In this document: in pieces, positions 55,045-64,000 of the stretch
Layout: the number at the start of each line of letters is the position of its first letter
Numbering within the stretch: position 1 is the first letter of the stretch
NCBI GenBank assembly: GCA_905331295.1
Contig: CAJNYD010000360.1
Location: 62,001 to 126,000 of the forward strand
Length of the DNA: 64,000 bases
Reading direction: 5' to 3'
Source of the DNA: Rotaria socialis
Lineage: Eukaryota
Notes under the pieces: generated by a model
Told to the model about the DNA's origin: nothing
The model's input: the letters and a program-made list of their open reading frames with translations, nothing else
The model's database searches: none
Position numbers and translations under genes: made by a program

Positions 55045-58000
55045 ATGTCAACAAATGGAATGAATTATTCGATGTACAAGTACGATCTGAAATGATATTC
55101 ACTGTCATTTTAATTTAATTTAATTATTATTTTACTTTTAGTACTGTTGCATATCCTCAAATGAACCAGCAGCAGCAGCAGCAGCAGCAACAACAACAAC
55201 AACAGCAATCTTTCTATGGACAGCCATTTCAAAATGCTCTTTCACAGGTAAGACTTTCTGAAACTCCTCTAAGATTGATATTTCTGCATCATTATTTAAT
55301 AAAAACTTCGTTTTATTCAGCAGTTTTCTGTGAAATAAACAAATCCACCGTAGAAATGAAGGATCGAATTTTTTATTTTGAGTTTATGATGTCAATTGTT
55401 TAATACAATTAACACATCATATTATACATGTTGGACAAATATTAAGGATTATATTTATGTATGATCATTTGAAACTTCATTACAAAGAGAATACAGCAGG
55501 TGCGACTTTATTATATGAAATTATTTTACAAGAGAGATACTTGTTTTTTCGTAACTTGTTCTTGTAACTGTATACACTCATCGATTTTGCTCCATCTTTT
55601 GAAAAAATAGATTTCTTTATTGAAAATACAAACAGATGATTGAGTACTAGTGTTAAAGAAATTTCTTCATGAATGTTACTTTTCATTTTTTTTTATCGTA
55701 ATATCAACTATTTTAATCAATTTTTGACTAAAAATATTTATTTCTAGCTGTGCATTACACCTATAACGTAAAGAATAAGATAAATCGACACAAGGCATTC
55801 AAGTTTTGATGAACCAAGTTGCTATTGAAAAAAAAAACATAATATATTAGAAGAGCCAGAAAGAGAAATTGTGTGAAGATATCACAAGATCTATATTTCA
55901 AGTAGACGTCATTCTTCTTCGGAAACAGAAGAATCATGATTGGAATAATAGATATTGTTAAGGGAAAGAGAAAAAAGGAAATGAATACGACAACAATATG
56001 AATAATAGTTTCAAGATGCATTTGACATTTTGGACTCATAGTCTGCATGATTCTATTCTTTTTCCGAGTGTGATCAATGATGAGTAGTTTACTCACGGGA
56101 AGCACCACACATGAAAGAGCGGCTTCTCTCCGAGTAAAAGACATAATGAAATTCTCATTCACTCGCTATCTTCTCTAAAGAAAATTTATATGTCTTCAAC
56201 AGTTTAACATAAATAGGAAAACAAGAAATCCAATGGATCAAGTCAATTTCTTTCTACTCGAGCGCCTCAATTTTCCATTTCGTTTCGTTAAGGTTATTTT
56301 CCGCTTGATGTTTAGAGATAATTCAATTACGTGATAGAATATTCAATATGATTCATTTTTAGCAAACAATCTCTCCATATGGTGCTTATCCGATGTATTC
56401 TTCAACTTCAATACCGAATTCAGCACAATATAACAGTAAAATTATCAGACAAAAAAAGAAAAGTTGTTTTTTCATGTTTCATCTTGTGTATCAGGTTATG
56501 ATCATATTATTCGATCAACTGCCGAAACTCTTGCTGCTTTTAATCATTCAACTGAAACATCAATGCTTAATAATTCTCAAGCACACTTTAATCGATCGAA
56601 TAATGCTCAACCGAGTTCAAATCGTCGTTCCACTAAAAGCTCTTTCAATGCAAATAATGCAACACGTATGTATTATTGTGAAACATGTCGTATAGCATGT
56701 GGTGGTCATGCAACATATCAAGCACATTTAAATGGATCTAAACATAAGAAAAAAGAGCTCGTTGCTCAAAATCAACAATCATCTGTTAACACAAGTTCGA
56801 AAATAGGTGTTAATATAATTCGATGTGAATTATGTGATATAACATGTACGAGCTCAGATGCCTATAAAGCACATTTAGATGGAAGTAAACATGAAAAAGT
56901 AAGAATTTAGCTAATTAAATTCTTATTCTTCTATCATTATAAATAGGCTACGAAATTGCATCGTAAATTAGGTAAAACTATACCATCAATAGAGCCTCAA
57001 ATTTTGAATAATACTTCAACATCATCTCAAATGAATGTCACTTCACAAACTGCACCAAATGAATCTCAGACTATGAGAAATGACAGTCAACAAATAGCTC
57101 TATCGAGTTTACTTGAAAATAATATTAAACCCATTGGCGAAGAATATATTGAAACAACATATGATAACACAAATAAGCCCATACTTTATAATTGTAAACT
57201 ATGTGATTGTAAATTTAATGATATTAAAGGAAAAGATATGCATTTAAAAGGAAAACGTCATCGACTTTCATATAAGGTAAGCTTACAATATAAATCAAAA
57301 ATTTTATTCAAAATTTGTATTTTATTTTTTTTTTGTAGAAAAAAGTAAATCCAAATTTTGTAGTCGATAATAATGCTACTAATAAATTGACAAATTTAAA
57401 ACCAAAACAAAGCAATAATCAGCAATCCAACGATATCAATTCTAATACAGAATATATAAGTACACAGCAAATGATGAATAGTAATAATCAATCAGATATT
57501 GACGATGACACAAGATGTTTAATGATGCTACATCAACAAATCATACCATCACCTACCCTAGTAAGTTCTATCGCGTTTCTTATAATTAATATTCGTTTTA
57601 AAATTTTAAATCGAAGAATTTTCTCGATACTAAAGTGAAAATTCAAGATAGGGATAAATAGATAATAACACAAAATATCGATCGTTATTAAGTTACTCAT
57701 CGAAGGTTCGAATGTAAATATTTGTCTAGTCTAAATTCTAAACATGCATCAAAGTTCAATAGTAGAATTTCAGTATTTCAAATAAATTTCATCATTCATT
57801 ATGAACTACATGATTAGCTAAGAAAACTGAAAAATAGCTCAAATTGTTTTTAGTTTCTATTTAAAGTTGGCTCTAACAACATTTTCAGAATTATTCTTTT
57901 GATACTTTATTAGTAAGATTTTTTCATTTTAATTTTGCAGCGAGAGAAAATCGCTAGAAAATATCTGAATCCCTAGCTAAGAAAGTTTTTTACTCATATT

Positions 58001-59827
58001 AGATTAAGAGTTTTTGAGAATTCTGATGAAATAATGTTACACTGCTTGTTCAAGATTTCCATAAAAGATATGTAGATATATATATATATATATAGAGTTC
58101 TAGATTTCATATTATTATTATTATTATTATTTAATCTTGTTTTTCATATTACAGCTAAACACTATAGAACAATTCGTCAGTGCTGTTGAATCAGCTTTAA
58201 AATCTTGTTCAAAACAACTTCAAACGTCCACCACATTGCTGACCGATAACAATACTTCTGTATCCGAAACGGATGTGTAAGTTAGAGTTTGTTTTAATAA
58301 CCACAAAGAAATTCTTTTCTAAATTTAATTGTTTTTCTCAGTAATGAATCACCTTTAATGGGTGTATCTCGTGTCGGTTTACTTGGGAAAAGTTTAATAA
58401 TCAAAACAGATCGCTTATTTCATATTGTTGTTCTTTGTGCAGAATGGCCAACGAAAAAACTTTTTCAATCGATCGCAGCCATACTTTCAGATAACTTAGA
58501 TGTAAGTAAACACAATAGTTATCTTTTATCTAATCATAATGTAAATGCTCAAAAATTAAAATAGGATACATGGAAAAATAAAATTCAAGTTCAACATCAA
58601 CTCGATCAAGAAACCATAATCGTACAAACAAATACAGAAGAAGGAATAATGTATATCTCAATCGCATTTACTTCATTGGCTATTCAACAGCACGACAAAT
58701 ACGAAAGTAAAAATATTTATTAATTTTTTTTTCGAAAGATCTTAATCGATTTTTGTTATCTTTAGATCAATTTGAAGAATTTCTATCGAAAATAAACTGT
58801 CTAAATGCCTTAAATTTAATTCAATCAACTCGATGGTTTCAAGTAAAAATTGAAGCTTATACATGACATTTGAGTTTTTTTTCTTTAAATTAATTAGAAT
58901 CAAGCGAGTCCTCGACAACACGCATCAGCATTAGTTCGTTGTTTACGTTATAAAACGAAAATATCAACCAATTGGAAATCATTATCATCTGAAGTATAAA
59001 TTAGTCTATTTAACTTTTATTATTGAATTAAATACTTTGCTTATATAGGCTATTGAAATTCTTATTGATCAAACTTTATCACAATACTTATCAGCTGTGA
59101 ACGCATTTCGACGTGTTCTAGAATATATTTCCGGTGGTTTAGTGTTATCAAGTTAGTGTTGATTTTTTCTTTCTATCACGATGATTCTGTATTGATATAT
59201 TTAGATGGTCCCGGTTTATGCATACCTTGGCAAACAGATTCAATGAAAGATATCTTCGAAAATTTAACGAATCAAGAAAGAAATGACACAACTCAGGAAG
59301 CTCAAGTAAATAGAAATTGATTTCATATACCTTTTTGACTGTAACAGAATTTTCTATGTTTGAAAAAAAATAAGACGTACCATCTCGTTGGTGAGTGCTT
59401 GACTGAGAAGATTCTATTGATGTAAGTCTCGAGAGAGCATGAGAGAAATTCAAATTGTTTCGAACGCAATATCAATATATAAAAGAAAAATCTATGAGAA
59501 TCGGAGATATTGAAAATGTATTGCAATGATCAAATGTCAAACTATATTTTTAATTGAATTTCCAGGAAATTCATAGTGTACAAAACTGTATCCTATATTC
59601 TTTTATGATATATTTTAGTTAGGTTTACGTTTGATGTCATATGGGCAATTATCGAAATGGTTTGAACAATCGAAAATTCAACAATTAATAGTCATGTTAC
59701 CAAAGCGCTCTTTGTCTGATTGTGATGATCAAAGTAACAAAAATAAAAATTTAATTTTTATTGAGAAAAAACGTTTTTATATTTTCATTTAGCTCCAGTA
59801 AAACGACAATGTACGGAATCAGAATGA
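55045..59827 (+). CDS. ZFR: Zinc finger RNA-binding protein (three dsRNA-binding-type C2H2 fingers plus a divergent DZF domain)
   Basis: YCETCRIACGGHATYQAHLNGSKHKKK, RCELCDITCTSSDAYKAHLDGSKHEK, NCKLCDCKFND...KDMHLKGKRHRLSYK; DZF-like GVSRVGLLGKSL, CLNALNLIQSTRWFQ, AFRRVLEYISGG, T..AQLGLRL; N-terminal polyQ; TGA ends at 59827. Confidence 0.9.
55167..55208 (+). repeat. CAG/CAA polyglutamine repeat in ZFR exon 2
   Basis: (CAG)7(CAA)5 CAG CAA. Confidence 0.9.
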
Positions 59828-59859
59828 GAAACTAAAAATCTTATTGTTTTGCTTATTAT

Positions 59860-62800
59860 GATACGATTCTAATAGAAAGTTGTTATTATTGGTGATATAA
59901 ATTTCAACGGGATATCTCTTGTTTACGGTTAAACTAAATAAATAAAATAAGAAAATTCATTAGAATAATATATACAGTTTTTCAAGAACGGAAAAATAAA
60001 TTTTTTTCGTTGCTTGACAATTTTGAAGTTCACAATATTCAATCTGTAATGAATATCTATTGGATTTCGGAAGAAAAAGCTTGATGTTTTTAATCTACAA
60101 AAAAGAAAGAAAGAAAGAGCTTTGCTTATATTTGAAGGCTTTATTTACTGAATGAAAATTGTTTGGAATACTAAAATGAAAGATATCATATCGTCCAATT
60201 TGAAAGGACTTCAAATTATTTATTGAATGAATAAGTGGAATTTCAATGGAATATCCTTTTTCATTAGTTAATTCAATAAAAATCGTTTCATTCATTTCGT
60301 TAAATTGTATTTCATTGACAATTTTTACTCGAAAGTCATATTCAATTAAAGAATTAAAAGTTAATAGATTCGAATCTAGTTTCTATATCACATGAATTAG
60401 TACTATAATTTGATAGATGATTCGAGTCTTTGATTGCATCTGAATGTTTTGTTTGTACATGAAATTGATTTGAAGAAAGATTGGTACTTGTTTCTAACCA
60501 ATCTTGAATTGTTTCTTTATTATAATCTAGATATAGAAATAAAATTGATTCAGTTTGGTTCAGAGAAAAAGAAAAAAAACAGGTTTCAAGGCTGACGTCT
60601 CTATTATTTTTTTCTTTGGCTTAGAAATAATAGCTATGTATTGTATTTACTAGTGGATGATGTTTGTTCATTGAGAATGCTGTTTGTCGATGGTTCAGAT
60701 TCTTCATAAACTGTACTCATATGATCTACGGTAAATAATTTACTAGGTAACTTAGCAGTCATTTTTGTTGTGGTTGATTGTTGATTAGATATTTCATCAG
60801 GTACATTATAATACTGATTGTTTGTTAGAACTAATAAGTGATTAGTAGTTACGGAGGAATTTGTTAGGGATGCGATAGAACACGGTGATGATGTATAATT
60901 ATTTTTTGAAGATAATTCAATTGCATTCAGTTCTGTTTGAGCTTCGTCTGTTACTATTTGATCGTTATTTGTATAATAGTCGTTCGGTGCTTTATGTTTA
61001 GTTGGTTTATGAGTTTTATTGAGCGTCTTCAATTTGATATCTGATGAAACATTGTTGAATTTTGATTTACTTGAAGTGGAATGTATTGTAGAATGTTGAA
61101 CGTCACTAAGAAAGAAAATTAATAGTCTGTTCGATGATTTGAAATTTGTCAAAAGATAACCTGTTTTCTTTTGTAAGATTCTTTTTCATAGCTGTGATAG
61201 AATATTTTTTTGATTTATTTGCAATTGATAGATTATTAGTAATTAGTCGTCGTCGAGAAATAAGTTTTCGTTTATTTGGTGACGTTTCAGATATTTTTAA
61301 TAGACTTTGTTGATGATCTTTACGAGATATTTTTGCGTGCACTGACGATAGTAATGCTTTTGTTTGTAGTGACTGTTCATTTTCATAATTATCAAGTGAT
61401 TTTTGAATAAAATTTCCATAAGAATCATAATTCTTTGTAGTTGTATCGATGGTTATACTAATATATTAGTTTTTTTTTAGAATAATTACAGCTAAATAAA
61501 AATATATTACGCATCCATGTCTTGAGTAAGTGTTTGTGAATCGTATTCATTGGAGGCATTTTGTTTTCTAGTTTGATTTGGTGTTCCTTGTTGGGAGACG
61601 AATGAATCATCAATTGAGGTATGTGAACTTTGATTGAAAGTAGATAATGACGATGAAGAAGACATATTCATAGATTGCTTGGATTGATTTTGAATGTTAC
61701 ATGAAGATTTCTGTGATAAGTTTGTACAAAGAACTTGATTATCTCGTGTTACTGATGCATGAGATAATGGTACACTTCGACTACGTCTTTGCGAGATCTC
61801 ATTTTCAGTTGGCGAATAAGGTTGAACACTTTTTAATAGAATCGGCATTGAACGCTTTGATAATGAATTATCAGTATTTAATGTGAAACCTGTTTCATAT
61901 TTCTTATGAATAGTTAAAGTTGATTTTTTTTCGGTTGGTTGTTTATTTCTTAAAATCGTATCATTATTATCATTTTCTAATCGATTCATTTGTGCATTCA
62001 TGTTAGTAATATTTAATTCAGGTGAAATTTGATCATGAGATTCCGTTTTATGCAGTACAAAATCGAACGAATCTGACAAGACAAGGGATGTTTTTGATTG
62101 AATAGATGTTGTTATATTTGTCTTAATGGACTTCGTTTGTTTAGATATATTTGATGAACTTTGACTTTCAATGATGCTCATCATGTTTTCTGAATCGGCG
62201 GTAAGATTTTTTTCGTTTATTTTTGATATTTGCTTTTGATTTGCTTTACAAGTTTTTATTAAACATGCCTGTTTCGATAATGATAATCGACGAAAATTAG
62301 TTTTCTTCGTCAATCGATCAGCTATTTTCTTTTCTTTTTTCATTGGTACAGGATAACTGCAAGCAATAGTTTTAAATTAGTTCTAGATGAACTGAGAAAT
62401 GACTATCTTGTATTTCACTTCAATTCTGGCAGAGAGTTCGTTTTTAGTTCTTTGATGACTCCTATGGGGATAACGAATTAGTAAAGCTTCGCTGAATATT
62501 ATTTTCGCCGACTCCAACTTTGCCGAATAAAAATCTTGACCGAAAAATATCGAATCAAATTTGATCCATTCTCGATATAGAATTTTATCCTAACTAACTA
62601 CTTTAATAGTGACTTGATTAATTAACCCCATCTGAGTTGATAGCCCACACCCACACCTCACAATTTAACTCGCAAATAATTTAGCAATTGAGGCGAGTTC
62701 CTAGATTAAAGTCCAATCAAGCAGGGGAAATCTTTAGGAGGGCTGTCCCTTAAGAAATTTTCTTTCGAAAAATCTTTTTTTCTTCCAGAGCTCCTTTTGA

Positions 62801-64000
62801 CGTTTTAAAAAGAATTAAGTTTGTTTACTATCATGACTAAATCTCCAAAAATATTATACGTAAGATAAAATTAGATTTTCGAATTTTCTTTCTAAAGTGC
62901 TAGCGATTGAAGGAGCTGAAATGCCATGCATGCTAAGAAGAAGTTTTGAATAAAAATTAGTTTTAAGACACATCATGATTAGGAGATACATTCAGTTTGA
63001 GTTACACAAAGTGATGTTGCTGAAAAATGCAATATTCGATAGTTTTTGTAATTACTTTTGGTGACTATAATGATTACTGTGTAATTTCTGCTTGATTGAT
63101 GGTTGTTGTGCACTTAAATTTCGATTTTCTGTACTTTTAATTTTATTGTTGTGTAAAATATATGAATAGGGTCTCATTTTTACATTCATGATTTCTGATT
63201 GCAATTGATTCATATATTGTCGAGTATTTAATGATAATTTGGATGGTAATAAATGATTGAGTATCTTATTTTTGTTTGTTACTCTTTGCTGTTTTAATAA
63301 ACATGACGAAGTTTTCTTTGGAGATAACTTTTTACGTGAATTCATATTTTTATCTTGTGGAACTTGACGAGTAATGTTTTGATTTTTACCAGCTACGATA
63401 AAATATTTAAGTTATAAAATTGTCTTAAGTCAAACTACGATGGATTTTTATCCATTTACACAGCTGAATTCTAATGTAGAGGTAACCTTCCTTATGAGTC
63501 TACAAGAAGTAGAGAAAAAAGAGAACAGATGTTATAGATTTTGTAGCGTACCTAAATTGATACTTAAATTATAGCAATTAACTTGTACACACTCTAGAAT
63601 GTGTCAATTTAATCTAAAGAGCAAATCTATCGAAGAACTGCTTGCTATATGCTCATGATGAGCGAATTTGTGTACAATAAGTTTAGTTGCGCTAGATGTG
63701 TTACAGAGGATATAGCATCAATTAGTTTGCTTGTAGAAAAACTACAATATATTCTATCTCAGATCGAACTAGTCCAATCATAGCTTGAACTTTTAATACG
63801 GCTAATCTCAAACTAAGCAGTAAGTATCGTATTGAATAAAATGAAAGACAAAAGTAGAAGCCAAGTCGTTATTGACATAGGCTAATCGGAATTCAGCATC
63901 AGATTTTAAAGCGCATCTTAAATTGTAGATTCTTGTAGTTATTGTTTTGTTTTCCAGATCTTTTGTTTTTTACAAATAAAGTTCAACTTACGATGTCGAT
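59860..64000 (-). CDS. Partial multi-exon gene: long Ser/Thr/Asn/Lys-rich region with a C-terminal PLAT/LH2-like domain
   Basis: Spliceable exons at ~63055-63393, 61512-62356, 61162-61457, 60640-61106, 60410-60527, 60148-60340 and 59990-60094. YDFRVKI...IFIELTNEKGYSIEIPL...FQIGRYDIFHF resembles PLAT. The 5' end probably lies beyond the window; the exact 3' end is uncertain. Confidence 0.55.

Noticed and set aside
55761..56162. 133-aa hydrophobic antisense ORF in a ZFR intron
   Set aside because: No recognisable domain; F/I/L richness is expected from a T-rich strand. A nested gene cannot be supported without expression data.
62644..62662. (CCCACA)2 resembling a TGTGGG telomeric repeat
   Set aside because: Only two units; compatible with chance.

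Overview
AT-rich, gene-dense eukaryotic DNA with many short (~50-65 bp) GT-AG introns. The style suggests a bdelloid rotifer, but that is inference only. Genes in order: a decayed ankyrin/TRPA-like channel pseudogene (-); a divergent ARM-only beta-catenin paralogue (+); unkempt (+); Suppressor of fused (+); an M6/proteolipid-family protein (+); a stand-alone Sts/UBASH3-type histidine phosphatase (-); NUBPL (-) and GATB (-), only 68 bp apart; a CD36/SCARB receptor (-); three chitin-binding (CBM14)/EGF genes, one a large mosaic with a Frizzled CRD; mitochondrial ClpX (-) head-to-head with ZFR (+); and a partial low-complexity/PLAT-like gene (-). Mobile DNA includes a fold-back MULE across an N-gap, a non-autonomous hAT with an 8-bp TSD and a nested MITE, an intronic MITE and a HINE-like repeat. 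The best signal is a 502-bp internally deleted RTE retroposon whose first 73 nt fold into an HDV-like self-cleaving ribozyme starting exactly at the target-site-duplication boundary. Other leads are a probable trans-spliced GATB-NUBPL operon and the beta-catenin lacking both regulatory tails. All calls come from manual translation and alignment; no searches were run.
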